A stretch of DNA of 64,000 nt. It comes from an uncultured Planctomycetota bacterium. GTDB lineage: Bacteria; Planctomycetota; Planctomycetia; Isosphaerales; Isosphaeraceae. The position numbers were made by a program, and so were the translations under genes. The notes beneath the pieces were generated by a model that worked only from the letters and a program-made list of their open reading frames with translations, was not told where the DNA came from and did not search any database. Positions 30,664 to 41,942 of the stretch are shown here, one piece after another; position 1 is the first letter of the stretch; every line of letters begins with the position of its first letter. The DNA is taken from the NCBI GenBank assembly GCA_963823665.1, contig CAWGMQ010000011.1:960001-1024000 (forward strand). The letters are read 5' to 3'.

Positions 30664-31533
30664 TCAGAGCTGCACGAGCGCACCGTAACTCTCCGGCCTG
30701 CGATCGCGGAAGAACTGCCAGGTGTTGCGCACCTCGCGGATGAGATCCAGATTCAAGTCGGCGATCACGATATCGTCACAGTCGCGGCCGCCCTGGGCCA
30801 GGATCTGGCCGCGGGGATCGCAGAAATAGCTCTGGCCGTAGAATTCGCCGATCCGCCATGGCTCTTCGAAGCCCGGTCGATTGATTGCACCGACGAAATA
30901 GCCGTTGGCCACGGCGTGGGCGGGCTGTTCGAGCTTCCAGAGGTATTCCGAGAGCCCGGCGACAGTGGCCGATGGGTTGAAGACGATCTCGGCTCCGTTC
31001 AATCCCAGACAGCGCGCGCCTTCGGGAAAGTGGCGGTCGTAGCAGATATAAACCCCGACCTTACCGACGCGGGTGTCGAAGACGGGATAACCGAGATTGC
31101 CCGGGCGAAAATAGAATTTTTCCCAGAAGCCCGGTGCACAATGGGGAATATGCATCTTGCGAAACTTGCCGAGATAGGTGCCGCCTGCATCGATCACGGC
31201 GGCGGTATTGTAGTAGACGCCGGTGAGATCCTCCTCGTACACGGGCACGACCAGGACGATGTCGTGCCGCCGCGCAAGCTCACACATCAGCTTGGTGGTC
31301 GGCCCGTCGGGCACTCGTTCAGTGAGCTCGTACCAGCGTGACTCTTGTTCGGCACAGAAGTACGGGCCATAAAAAAGCTCTTGCAGGCAAACGGCCTGTG
31401 CACCTCGGTTGGCCGCTTCGGCGATCAGCGCGACGTGCTTCTCGAGCATCGCCTGCTTGATGGCAGCCACTGGCGCCGTTGCTTTTTCGCAAAGAGTCGC
31501 CTGGATCAAGGCACCACGAATCACTCTTGGCAT
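30664..31533 (-). CDS. nitrilase-family beta-ureidopropionase
   Basis: E-K-C triad in CLQELF, FRKMHIP and ICYDRHFPE; WEKFYFRPGNLG. Confidence 0.88.
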   Translation of the reverse strand: MPRVIRGALIQATLCEKATAPVAAIKQAMLEKHVALIAEAANRGAQAVCLQELFYGPYFCAEQESRWYELTERVPDGPTTKLMCELARRHDIVLVVPVYEEDLTGVYYNTAAVIDAGGTYLGKFRKMHIPHCAPGFWEKFYFRPGNLGYPVFDTRVGKVGVYICYDRHFPEGARCLGLNGAEIVFNPSATVAGLSEYLWKLEQPAHAVANGYFVGAINRPGFEEPWRIGEFYGQSYFCDPRGQILAQGGRDCDDIVIADLNLDLIREVRNTWQFFRDRRPESYGALVQL

Positions 31534-31781
31534 GACGGATCCTCGGTCTTGCGGAACTTGAGTGCAATCACGATGCTACATTGCACGAGCCAGCAATGCC
31601 AGGTGAGAGGGGCTGTAGCTCGAGGCAGGCGATCGCACGGCATCGCGGCTCCGAGACGCAATCCGGCCGATTTTCGCAAATTGGCCTTGAATTTCGTGGG
31701 TGACTTCCATCTAATTCACACACGCGCACGAATCGGATGTGTAAGTGTGCCATGCTCGCAAACACCAGGCAGGATGCCCGA

Positions 31782-32406
31782 GTGAGCTCTCGAGTCAACG
31801 ACGATTCCACTCTCCTTGAGCTAGAAGAAGCACGCGCGGGTGACGCGGAGCTCTCTGGGCCGTACGCTGGAATCGTGTCGCGATTATCTGCTGTTGATCG
31901 CCGGGCGATCGATCGATCGAGACTTGCTTCCCAAGGGCGGCGGGTCTGACCTCGTGCAGGACACGCTCCTGGGGGCTTATCGCGACTTCGACACGTTTCA
32001 CGGTCGTTCGCGCGATGAGCTCCTCGCCTGGCTTCGCAAGATCCTCGAGAACAACCTGGCGGTCTTCAGGCGGCGCTATCGTGGGACGCGGAAGCGCCGG
32101 GTGTCGCTCGAGGTATCGTTCGACGCGGATGCGCGGGGAGCGCCGGGGCCGGAGTGGGCCTCCGATTCGGCATCGCCGAGCACGGCTGCTGCGAAGCGAG
32201 AGCAGGCCGCGGCGCTTCAATCCGCGCTCTCACGCATTCCGGAGGATTATCGCCGGGTGATCGTCTGGTACCAGTATGATCAGCGCACGTTCGAGGAAAT
32301 CGGGCGCCGGCTGGACCGGTCTCCGGAGGCTGCACGGAAGATCTGGTCGCGAGCACTCCTTCGCCTCACGCAGGAGCTAGGGCCGACGCATGACCCCGGA
32401 GCATGA
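31782..32406 (+). CDS. ECF sigma-70 factor, planctomycete kinase-associated type (frameshift near 31850)
   Basis: ARAGD, RDYLLLIA, SDLVQDT, ELLAWLRKIL and TFEEIGRRLDRSPEAARKIWSRA motifs. Confidence 0.9.
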
Positions 32407-35400
32407 CTACGAGCTCAGCGACCTATCTCGAGTCCGGGCGATGCTCGCGTTCGATCGGGCGCTTGTCATCGGTGGCATTCCGCCGGCAACGGGCGATGAA
32501 AACCCGTCGCTTGAAGCGATTTACAACTGCCAGCGGCTGCTCGAAGAGGTGTGGCCGCGGTCGATTCCCACGCCGGCGGAGCCTCCGAGGCAGTTCGGCC
32601 GCTATATGATATTGCGCGAGCTCGGCCGGGGAGCCTTCGGCGTGGTCTTCCTGGCCTCGGATTCGGTGCTGGGACGCAAGGTTGCGCTCAAGGTGCCGCG
32701 CCCTCTTGCACTCGTCACGCCGGAAGTTCGGCGGCGGTTTGTGCGCGAAGCGGAAGCGGCGTCGCGGCTTGACCACCCGCATATCGTGCCCGTTTACGAC
32801 GTGGGCGAGGAAGGCCCGATCTGCTACATCGCCTCGGCCTATTGCGAAGGACCGAACCTGGCGGACTGGCTACGCGGGCGGTCGGCGCCGGTTCCATTCC
32901 TCGAGGCGGCCCGCCTGGTGGCCATCCTGAGCGCGGCCGTCGGCCATGCGCACGAGCGTGGCATTCTGCACCGTGATCTCAAGCCGAGCAACATCCTGCT
33001 TCGGCCGCCTGAACCCGCCGCGTCCGGAAATGACGATGTGAGTTCTGGTCTGGGTTTCGTTCCCCGCATTTGCGACTTCGGGCTGGCGAAGCTGCTTGAT
33101 CAGGACTCACACGAAACTTGCAGCGGCGTACCGATCGGGTCACCGAGCTACATGGCACCCGAGCAGGCCACCGGGCGGCTGCGCGACCATGGACCGGCGA
33201 CCGATGTTTACGCCCTGGGAGCGATCCTGTACGAGCTGCTCACCGGCAGGCCGCCCTTGAGAGGCGAGACCGATCTGGAGACACTGCGGCTGGCCTCGGA
33301 TCAGGACCCACTTCCTCCGCGCGGCTTGCGCAAGGGGATCCCGCGCGATCTCGACACGATCTGCCTGAAGTGTCTCGAGAAGCAGCCGAAGGCCCGGTAC
33401 GACAGCGCGGCGGGATTGGCGGAAGACCTCGAGCGGTTCCTCGCGGGCAAGGCGGTGCATGCGAGGCCGGTACGGGTGTGGCAGCGTGCGGGCAAATGGG
33501 CCAGACGACGGCCGGTGCATGCCGCGCTTCTGGGCGTGAGCGTGATGGCGGTCTCGATCATCCTCGGCGTCGCGCTTTGGTCCGGCACGTGGATGCAGAA
33601 ACACCGACAGAACCTCACGAACGCTGTGGCCCAGACGGAACGCGACGTGCAGCACGCCGAGCGATCGGCGCACGGCGCACGCATTGAGCTCGCGCTGGCC
33701 GAGGAGCGAGAGCGATTCGCCGAGCGCTATGGGCCGGCGACACAGATCAAGATCGTGTACGACACATTCGCCGCCGGCGATGTGGTGCTGGCCGCGAGGA
33801 TGCTCGAGTCATTCGGGCCGCCTCACGGCCGTGTCGAGCGCCGCGGTTTTGCCTGGGGGCATCTCCGCCAGCTCATCGAGCCCAGGTTGACCCGCCTTGG
33901 CGACCCTCATCAACCCGCGATTGCGACCGTGAGGATTGTGATCACGCGCGACAGCCGGGTGGTCGCCGCGGGCAGGGCAGATGGCCGCATCGAGCTCTGG
34001 GACCTGAACGACATGCGACTGCTGCGGACCCACGTCAATCAGCCGCCCGGACCAGGCGCCGAGGTTTACTTCCTGGCGCTTTCGCGCGACGACCGATTCC
34101 TGGCGACCGGTAGCTCGAACAATCTTGTGAAGATATGGGATTTGGGCACGGGGGCGCTCGTCGGCGAGCTTCCCAAGCCGCCCAGGGAACTGGCGGCTGA
34201 GCTCGGCGAGATCTTCACAATGAGCTTCACGGACGGTTCCGACTTCCTGGTAACCTTCTATACGGGCATGAGGGAAAGGACGACTTTCGTCGTGTTCTGG
34301 AGATTGCCTGAGCGCGGCGGCCAGGCCGAAATCGCGGCGGTATTGAATCAGGACGAGGTGCCGCAGTACGGTAAGCGGGCACCGTTTCAAAGTCCGGCGC
34401 CAAAGCGCGACGGCGTCAAATCTCCGCCGTGGATCTCATACGCGGAAGAGCATGTGGTCATGCTCGATAACGGCTCGTCGGTGGCGATCAAGGAAGAATC
34501 AACCGGCGTGACGTTCTATAGCAACCACGTTCGAATCGCGCGGGTTTACGGGCCACTGGGTGTGCCGGTACTCACGCAACGCGGGTTCAATGGCCTGACC
34601 AAGGACGAGATCGCGTGGTGGAGCGAGCGCGCATTCGGCCTGTGCGGAACGACAACGAACGGCGATCGTCGCATTCTCGAACCTTGCGGTGTTCCCGACT
34701 TTTCCCCAGACGGCCGCACGCTCGCCTTTTTCCACTGGCCGCTGGGCACGATCTTGAAGGATGTAGAAACGGGCCGGATCGTCTGTGCCGATTCCGCCAG
34801 ACCCAACTGGCGTGTCGCCGATCAAGCTCACACGCCCGACGGACGGCTTCTGGTGATGGGTGGCTTTCACCCGCAAATCCACGTTTGGCACCTCGAGCCG
34901 CGCGAGATCATCGCGCACGAGAAAGAGGTCTGGTCGCTCGCTTTCGCCCCCGACGGATCGAGCCTCGCCTCCGGCGCGGATGACCACACCGTGAGGCTCT
35001 GGAACACGGCCAACGCCCGCGAACGCACCGTTTTGAAGGGACACCAGTCGCTGGTGTCGGCGGTGGCGTATTCGCCGGATGGCAAACGGATCGCTTCCGG
35101 CAGCTTCGACAGCACGATTCGCCTCTGGGACGCAGGCTCACGAGATCAACCGGCCACGCTTCATGGACATGACGGTCGCGTGCGAACGTTGACGTTCTCT
35201 CCCGATGGGGCCACTCTGGCATCGGCGGGCGAAGATCTCGGTATCCGGCTGTGGGACGTGAACGCCAGCCGCGAGCTGTCGCCGCCGCTGGCGGGCCATA
35301 CCAGCTCGGTGTTCTCGCTGGTTTTTGCTCCAGACGGCAAGACGCTTTACTCAGGCTCGACGGACGAAACCATCCGCCTTTGGGATCGCGGAGCGACTGA

Positions 35401-35794
35401 GGCTCGCGCGGTCTGGCAGGCAGACGATCAGGTCTACTCGTTGGCAGTTTCGTCGGACGGCAAATCGCTCGCAGCAGCGCACCGGGGCGGAACCGTGTCG
35501 CTCTGGGATGTCAGCGGGGCAAAAGTCCGCGCGCGCTGGCGGGCGCATGCCAGCGAAGTTCTTAGCGTCACGTTCAGCCCCGACGGGCTGACGCTGGCTT
35601 CCACCGGCAACGACAAGATGGTTCGCATCTGGGATCCGGTCACGACCCAACCGCTCCTGATGCTTCGCGGGCACGAAGCGCCCGTTCATGCCGCGACGTT
35701 TTCACGTGATGGGACCATTCTCGCGACGGGCAGCCACGACGGCAGAATCAAGCTATGGCGGGCGCTGCCGGACGAGCAGCCCAAACCCAACTGA
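32390..35794 (+). CDS. Ser/Thr kinase with TM segment and WD40 repeats
   Basis: [22 protein letters not shown] and YMAPEQ motifs; many GH..V..FSPDG..LAS..D..IRLWD repeats. Confidence 0.93.
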   Translation: MTPEHDYELSDLSRVRAMLAFDRALVIGGIPPATGDENPSLEAIYNCQRLLEEVWPRSIPTPAEPPRQFGRYMILRELGRGAFGVVFLASDSVLGRKVALKVPRPLALVTPEVRRRFVREAEAASRLDHPHIVPVYDVGEEGPICYIASAYCEGPNLADWLRGRSAPVPFLEAARLVAILSAAVGHAHERGILHRDLKPSNILLRPPEPAASGNDDVSSGLGFVPRICDFGLAKLLDQDSHETCSGVPIGSPSYMAPEQATGRLRDHGPATDVYALGAILYELLTGRPPLRGETDLETLRLASDQDPLPPRGLRKGIPRDLDTICLKCLEKQPKARYDSAAGLAEDLERFLAGKAVHARPVRVWQRAGKWARRRPVHAALLGVSVMAVSIILGVALWSGTWMQKHRQNLTNAVAQTERDVQHAERSAHGARIELALAEERERFAERYGPATQIKIVYDTFAAGDVVLAARMLESFGPPHGRVERRGFAWGHLRQLIEPRLTRLGDPHQPAIATVRIVITRDSRVVAAGRADGRIELWDLNDMRLLRTHVNQPPGPGAEVYFLALSRDDRFLATGSSNNLVKIWDLGTGALVGELPKPPRELAAELGEIFTMSFTDGSDFLVTFYTGMRERTTFVVFWRLPERGGQAEIAAVLNQDEVPQYGKRAPFQSPAPKRDGVKSPPWISYAEEHVVMLDNGSSVAIKEESTGVTFYSNHVRIARVYGPLGVPVLTQRGFNGLTKDEIAWWSERAFGLCGTTTNGDRRILEPCGVPDFSPDGRTLAFFHWPLGTILKDVETGRIVCADSARPNWRVADQAHTPDGRLLVMGGFHPQIHVWHLEPREIIAHEKEVWSLAFAPDGSSLASGADDHTVRLWNTANARERTVLKGHQSLVSAVAYSPDGKRIASGSFDSTIRLWDAGSRDQPATLHGHDGRVRTLTFSPDGATLASAGEDLGIRLWDVNASRELSPPLAGHTSSVFSLVFAPDGKTLYSGSTDETIRLWDRGATEARAVWQADDQVYSLAVSSDGKSLAAAHRGGTVSLWDVSGAKVRARWRAHASEVLSVTFSPDGLTLASTGNDKMVRIWDPVTTQPLLMLRGHEAPVHAATFSRDGTILATGSHDGRIKLWRALPDEQPKPN

Positions 35795-36088
35795 AACCGC
35801 CTGTCGCGCAGTAAAAAACAGAAATCTTTGCGAGAATCGACGGCATTAAGGCCAATCGCCTCAAGGAGTTGAATTCGCCGGCCGCGCTCGTTGTAAAAAC
35901 GAGCGTCCGGAGACGGCCGGATTCGATCTTAAGTTGGTGGGTATGACGGTGGCGGCGATGCCCAGGTCACGGTGGTGGAATGGATGCCACTGCCTCGATG
36001 ACGAGGGATCCTTTGCCTTCTTGGGTCTACTGCGCGCGGTTCCTGCGATGGTAGGATGTCGCAAGAACTCGCTCATGGAGGCCCGATC

Positions 36089-37615
36089 ATGGTCAAAACG
36101 CACTCGCATTCTTCTGCGGAACAGCACGTACCATTTCTGATCGAAGGGCACTGGCTCACTAGCCGGTCCGGCCGATCGGGCCCGGTGTACAACCCGTCGA
36201 CCGGAAAGGTGATCGCGACGGTTCCGTTCTGTACGGCCGAGGAAGTCGATCGGGCGGTGCAGACGGCGGCCGCGGCATTCCCGGCGTGGGCCGAGACGCC
36301 GATCGTCGAGCGGGCGCGGGTGATGTTCCGGTTTCGCGAAAGGCTCTCCGATTGCGCCGAGGAGCTGGCCTCACTCGTCACGCGCGAGCACGGCAAGACG
36401 CTCGCCGAGGCTCGAGCTTCAGTTCAGCGCGGGATCGAGATGGTCGAATTCGCCTGCGGAATTCCCAGCCTCTTCATGGGCCAAGCGATCGCCAACATCG
36501 CCCGTCAGGTTGATTGCGAGACCATTCGCCACGCGCTGGGCGTGTGCGTGGGAATCACGCCCTTCAACTTCCCGGTAATGGTGCCGCTCTGGATGTTTCC
36601 GGTGGCGATCACGTGCGGAAACACATTCGTACTCAAACCGTCCGAGAAGGTGCCGCTTTCGGCGGTGCGGCTGGGTGAGCTCTTGATCGAATCAGGCCTG
36701 CCCGAGGGGGTCTTCAGCATCGTACACGGTGACGGCGAGGCTGCCGGGGCGTTGCTTTCGCACCCGCTGGTGCGAGCCATTTCGTTCGTCGGTTCGACGG
36801 TCGTCGCCCGCTCGATCTATGAAACCGGCACGCGGCACGGCAAGCGAGTGCAGGCAGCCGGCGGTGCCAAGAATCACTTGATCATCATGCCCGACGCCGA
36901 TATCGACCAGGCGGTTGGTGCGATCAAGCTCTCGGCGTTCGGCTGCGCTGGCGAGCGCTGCATGGCCGGCAGCATCGCCGTCGCCGTGGGGCATGTGGGT
37001 GAGCCGCTGGTCGAGAAGCTCTGCGCCAGCGCGCAGGCGATGGCGGTCGGGCCCACGGATGGCTGCGAGTCCGTCGACATGGGCCCGGTCATCACCCCGG
37101 AGCACCTTGACCGCGTGAGTGGTTACCTTGATATCGGCCGCGCAGAAGGCGCGGAGATCGCGCTCGACGGCCGCACTCATCCCGCTGCCGGGAAGGGATT
37201 CGTCCTCGGCCCGAGCGTGCTCGATCACGTCCGGGCAACAATGCGGGTGGCGCGCGAGGAGATCTTCGGGCCCGTGCTGTCGGTCGTGCGCGCGGGTGAT
37301 CTCGATGAAGCGCTCGCAATTGGCCGCGAGTGCCCGTACGGCAACGGCGCGTCCATATTCACGCGAAGCGGCTGGGCGGCACGCCAGTTCAAGCAGTATT
37401 TCAACGCGGGAATGATCGGCATCAACGTCGGCGTGCCGGCGCCGATGGCGTGGTTTCCCTTCACGGGCTGGAACAGCTCGTTCTTCGGCGACCTGCACAT
37501 TCAGGGAACGGAGTCGGTGCAGTTCTACAGTCAGCAGAAGATGACGATGACGCGGTGGTTCGAAACGCGGTTTGACTCGCACCATGATCCGGTCTGGAAG
37601 ACGGGGAAGGGTTGA
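36089..37615 (+). CDS. mmsA: CoA-acylating (methyl)malonate-semialdehyde dehydrogenase
   Basis: GITPFNFP, KPSEKVP, GAKNH, FGCAGERCMA and GINVGVPAP motifs. Confidence 0.92.
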   Translation: MVKTHSHSSAEQHVPFLIEGHWLTSRSGRSGPVYNPSTGKVIATVPFCTAEEVDRAVQTAAAAFPAWAETPIVERARVMFRFRERLSDCAEELASLVTREHGKTLAEARASVQRGIEMVEFACGIPSLFMGQAIANIARQVDCETIRHALGVCVGITPFNFPVMVPLWMFPVAITCGNTFVLKPSEKVPLSAVRLGELLIESGLPEGVFSIVHGDGEAAGALLSHPLVRAISFVGSTVVARSIYETGTRHGKRVQAAGGAKNHLIIMPDADIDQAVGAIKLSAFGCAGERCMAGSIAVAVGHVGEPLVEKLCASAQAMAVGPTDGCESVDMGPVITPEHLDRVSGYLDIGRAEGAEIALDGRTHPAAGKGFVLGPSVLDHVRATMRVAREEIFGPVLSVVRAGDLDEALAIGRECPYGNGASIFTRSGWAARQFKQYFNAGMIGINVGVPAPMAWFPFTGWNSSFFGDLHIQGTESVQFYSQQKMTMTRWFETRFDSHHDPVWKTGKG

Positions 37616-37686
37616 AAGAATCGCCGAGATCGCCGGGTAGCTCAAGAACCTTGTGGTTGCGACGGCACGGACATTCTTGAGCGGTT

Positions 37687-40103
37687 CTATGTATTGGTCA
37701 GCATCGCCATGAGGTTCGGCATCCCCGCGCCCTGATGATTGCGGTCGCGCTCGAGATCATTGCAGTTCTTGAGCAAGATCTGTTTCACCTCATCCGGGCG
37801 GCCAATGAATTCGCGGCGGACGGATAGGAATGCGGCCAGCAAACCAGACACGTGGGGGCAGGCCATGCTGGTACCGCTTTCCCAACGATAGAGCTCCTCC
37901 TCGAATTTCATTCTGTTCCCAGATTTGGGGGGCGAGTAACGCCCGCTGGCACTGCAAGAAAAGATGCGTTCCCCCGGCGCGACGACGTCGGGCTTGGGGC
38001 GCCCGTCAGCCGTCGGGCCCCGCGACGAAAACCAGGAGACACCGTACAGGTGCGGCTTGTCGGCATTCACCGAGCCGACGGCAACACAGTCCTGGAGATT
38101 GGCGGGATCGCCGATGGAAAGCTGCGTATTCAAGTCAAAGCCACCGTCAGTGGTTGCGACTTTGATCTGACCTTCATTTCCAGCCGCAACACAAACGAGC
38201 GTCCCTTGCCGCCAAAGGTCGCGGAGCTCCTTGCAGATGGGTGAAAAACCGCAGCCGTAAACCGAGGCGTCGAATGGTCCGCCCAGGCTGAGATTCACTC
38301 CGTGGATCTTGATGCCAGAGACGACAGACTGGTTCTGGGCGAAGACATGGTCGATGGCCTTGATGATCCAGGCATCGTTGCCGAAGCCGTCGTCGTCCAG
38401 GACCTTGTAGACGACCAGTTCAGTCTTGGCCGCAATCGCGAGGATTTGCATGTGCTGCCCAAGAAACTCGCCGGCGATAATGCCGCACACGTGCGTGCCG
38501 TGACCGTCACGGTCTCCAGCTAACGCTCCGGCGCGATCTTATCACCGCGACGATACAGGATTTTCGGTTTATCGGAATGCTGCGTGCAATCCCATACCTC
38601 TTTGACCGTGTTATTGGTGAGGAAATGCGGGTGGTCCCAGCGAATTCCAGTGTCGAGCACTGCCCAGGTGATCCCTTCGCCCGTTGCCGCGTAGCTCGCT
38701 CGTCCTGCCTCGACTTTTAATGGACCGTGCGAACGTCTCAGCAGTTTTCGTTTGTTGGCGTTCCGCCAGACCGCGTAGATGTTCAAGTGCTGATGATATT
38801 CGGTCATCGCGTTGATCTCGTCAGGCGTCAGTCGCGCCGAGACGTATTTCCTTAACGCAACGGCCTCAACTTCCTTCAGGAGACCGGCCCGGGCTTCTAC
38901 CGTCGCTTTCCCTGGCAGTGAACGCTTGATGGCGATGTCTTCGACGCTGGCCTTAAGAATCTCGATGCGACCAACCAGTGTTTTCTCGTCGCCTTCCTGC
39001 TTGGACTCTCGCTTTGCAAGTTTCTCGGGCGATTCATCGACAGCCCAATACCCGGGCTCGAGCGCTTCGATCAATACGGGGACGCGGCGAGTTGGGTCGA
39101 CGAATTCCTGGGCAACGTCACGAGCCACCAGAAATCGACGGGTTGAGTCGAATTCGATCGGACGATACACAACGATACGAACGTCTGGATGGGACAGGTA
39201 GCCAAAGGAAGAATGTGGATCAAACTCTCGAAAGCTGACGGTGCGCTCATTGACGATCCATCGGTCGATGATGCGTCCGACTCCGCCAGGTGCCGGCGGC
39301 GGTTCGAAGTCGTTGCCAAGCTCGGCATCTAGCGCGACGGGATCAAGCCGATCCGCGAAGTTGTGCCACGCTCGTAATCGCCCTGGCACTCGCAACATGT
39401 TGCCGGCGTCCTCAAGTGCATCCTGAACTTCGCGAATGCCCAGCGGCGAACCCATGGTCACCAGCAGACTGCAGTTTGGGCGTTTGAACCGTTTGTCCGA
39501 CAGAACCTCGAACGCCACGACGGTCCCGAGGCTATGGGAAACGACGACGAGCGGTTCAGCGGCGTTCTCGGATTCAGTCGATTTCCTGGGTTGCGCAGCT
39601 TTCTTGATTTCGTCTCGAATTCGCGCCTGAATTCTCTGGCGAATGTCCGGTGAATAAAAATAGGCAGCGACATCTTTGAGGAACGCGCTCAGAAACAGCT
39701 TGGTGATCGGTCTCCGAGCGAAGCCGGGCAAGGGCAGAACCTTCGCACGTGGTCCGGCCCCGGTGGCCGAACGTCCGCCGACGCTGAGACCGGTGAACGA
39801 TTCCGCGATTCGCTCGAGGCGCGCGGCCGCATCCGAACGCTTCGCCTCGGGAACGGACGCATCGTCCAGAATCGCGTCCAGATCGATCTCGTCTGAGCTA
39901 TCTCCGCCTCCTGCCCGGTCGCCGAGCGATCGGGCTCGCACCGCCGCGGACGTGGGCCGGCCGTGCAATATGTCGGACCAGTACGCCATCGACGTCTGGC
40001 CTCTCATCGGCTTGCCGAACAACGCGTTATCCCACTCCAGCTTCAACTCGTCCTTCGGCGGATGCGATCCGATACCATGGATGTAAATGACCATCGTCGG
40101 CAC
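37687..40103 (-). CDS. alpha/beta-hydrolase-like domain fused to S8 subtilase (frameshift near 38525)
   Basis: N-half: YIHGIG, SHSLG, TMGSPLG, DPVA, DPH. C-half: VLDTG, DGHGTHVCG, AAGNEG, GTSMACPHV. Confidence 0.85.
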
Positions 40104-40355
40104 TCTCGAAATGCTGATTTCTGTGGGTCGACTCCATTTAGCATATCACAATCCAAGCGACGTCGCGTCTCGCTTCGCTTTCTTCGGAGCGCCGTCGGGA
40201 ACATGGATGCGAGGCTTCAATACGCCCACTTCTTCACGTCACGCTGTAGTTCGCTAGACCGAAACGAGTTAAACCTGATGCCTTGACAGGGACGACGCGG
40301 AAGGGACACTAGGATGGGGAACAACTTGGTGGGGTCTACACGGAAGGAGAAGCTT

Positions 40356-40913
40356 ATGCGAATTCGCTTTGCGAAGTACGTGGCCGGAATGTTGGCCTGC
40401 GTCGCGGTCGTGGGGATGAGCCTTGCGGGTGATGCTGTGAAGTCCGGCTTGAAGCCGGGCGAGCCGGTGAATCCTTTCACCGTGGAGGATGTGACGGGGC
40501 CGAGTAAAGGCACGTCCCTGTGCTACCGCTGCCAGTATGGTTCCGCCGCCGTGGTCTGCGTGTTCGCGCGCAAGACCTCCGACTCATTGGCCAGCCTGGT
40601 CAAGCAGATTGACAAGAAGATCGCCGAGAACGGCGCGCTCAAGAGCTTTGTCGTCCTCATTCCCAAGAAGGACGAGAAGGTCAAAGACTCCCTGGAGAAG
40701 CTGGCGAAGGATTCCAGCATCAAAAACGTGCCGCTCACGATTGGCGAAGGTCCCAACGGTCCGCCCGATTACGAAATCTCCCAGGAAGGCGACGTCACCG
40801 TCCTCATGTGGAAAGACGGCAAAGTTCGGGTCAACCACGCGTATAAGGGCGAGTTGACCGACAAGGACGTCGAAGCCGTGGTGGCAGATATCCCCAAGGT
40901 CTTGGCGGACTGA
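40356..40913 (+). CDS. secreted thioredoxin-fold-like hypothetical protein
   Basis: Signal peptide, SGLKPGE..PFTVEDVTGP, CYRC motif and RBS AAGGAG. Confidence 0.65.
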   Translation: MRIRFAKYVAGMLACVAVVGMSLAGDAVKSGLKPGEPVNPFTVEDVTGPSKGTSLCYRCQYGSAAVVCVFARKTSDSLASLVKQIDKKIAENGALKSFVVLIPKKDEKVKDSLEKLAKDSSIKNVPLTIGEGPNGPPDYEISQEGDVTVLMWKDGKVRVNHAYKGELTDKDVEAVVADIPKVLAD

Positions 40914-41052
40914 GCTATCTTTCCCGTGGTCAAATAAACGTCCGATGATTTCCAGTTGCGGACCCGACCAATCTTCGACACGACCTGGGCTTGTTGCCCG
41001 GGTCGTGTCGTTTGGAGATCGCGCGGGCAGCCATGACGTTCGAGAGCGCGAC

Positions 41053-41274
41053 ATGGGTGTCGAACTGCTTCTGCTCTATCTCATCCTCACGATCGTGCTT
41101 GGTCCCGGAACGATCGTGTGCGGATCTGTCATCGTCCTACGAGAAAAGGTCAGGTTGTCTCGCCGCATCTGTCTCGAGGGCGCCCTGGCCGTCGCGGCGG
41201 GCCTGGGCGTCATGTGTGGCGGATTTGCACTCACATATTTCTTTTGGTATATGGCGCGTTCTTTCCCTCACTAG
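41053..41274 (+). CDS. small two-TM hypothetical protein
   Basis: Two hydrophobic stretches. Confidence 0.45.
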   Translation: MGVELLLLYLILTIVLGPGTIVCGSVIVLREKVRLSRRICLEGALAVAAGLGVMCGGFALTYFFWYMARSFPH

Positions 41275-41942
41275 CTCGAGTGCGGTCCTGGGTGATGCGT
41301 CCCGCCAGGAACGAGGACGGCATGTCGGGCCATCCCGCTACTCACCGTAGCGGTCGCGTGTCTCGAGGCCGTAGACATGCATCTCTGCGCCGCCGCGGCT
41401 CGCCGCCGGCTCGGTGAAGGCGTGGGGGTACGCGCGGCCACGAGGAGATCGATCGTGCCGAGCGGTGGATGTCTGATCAGAGGATCAAGGATCCCGTGAA
41501 ACTCGCGTCCACAATCGTGACGTCCTGGAAGTGAGCGAGCTTAGCGGATCTCGGTCGGCCAGATTCGCCGCGCGAGCCTCTCGAGTAACCAGGCTCCGAG
41601 GTCGATCGGCAGGCGAGCGAACGGGCCAACAACCAGCACGGCGATGACCGCGAACTTCGGGTACAGGTCCGGGTTGATCATCATGTTGGAAATCACCTGG
41701 CTCATCGGTATGCTCCTCGTTGCAATTCCCAAGTTTCTCCACATCTCGACTGGTTATCTCCATTCCGGAGGTGAACGGACAAATTCTTTACCGGGCGATC
41801 CACCGCGAGGCATTTTCGCAGCATCGGCAGCTCGGTCCGAGGCAATCGAGCACTTCGTGTCCGGTCGACTCCGGGACGGCGATAGCTTCGTGGCTGGGCC
41901 GGGTGCCGGCCCGTTTGGAGGTCTCGTGATGGGAGCTTCCCC

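Noticed and set aside
29530..31341. 603-aa plus-strand ORF and similar long antisense ORFs
   Set aside because: Shadow frames of well-supported genes in GC-rich DNA.
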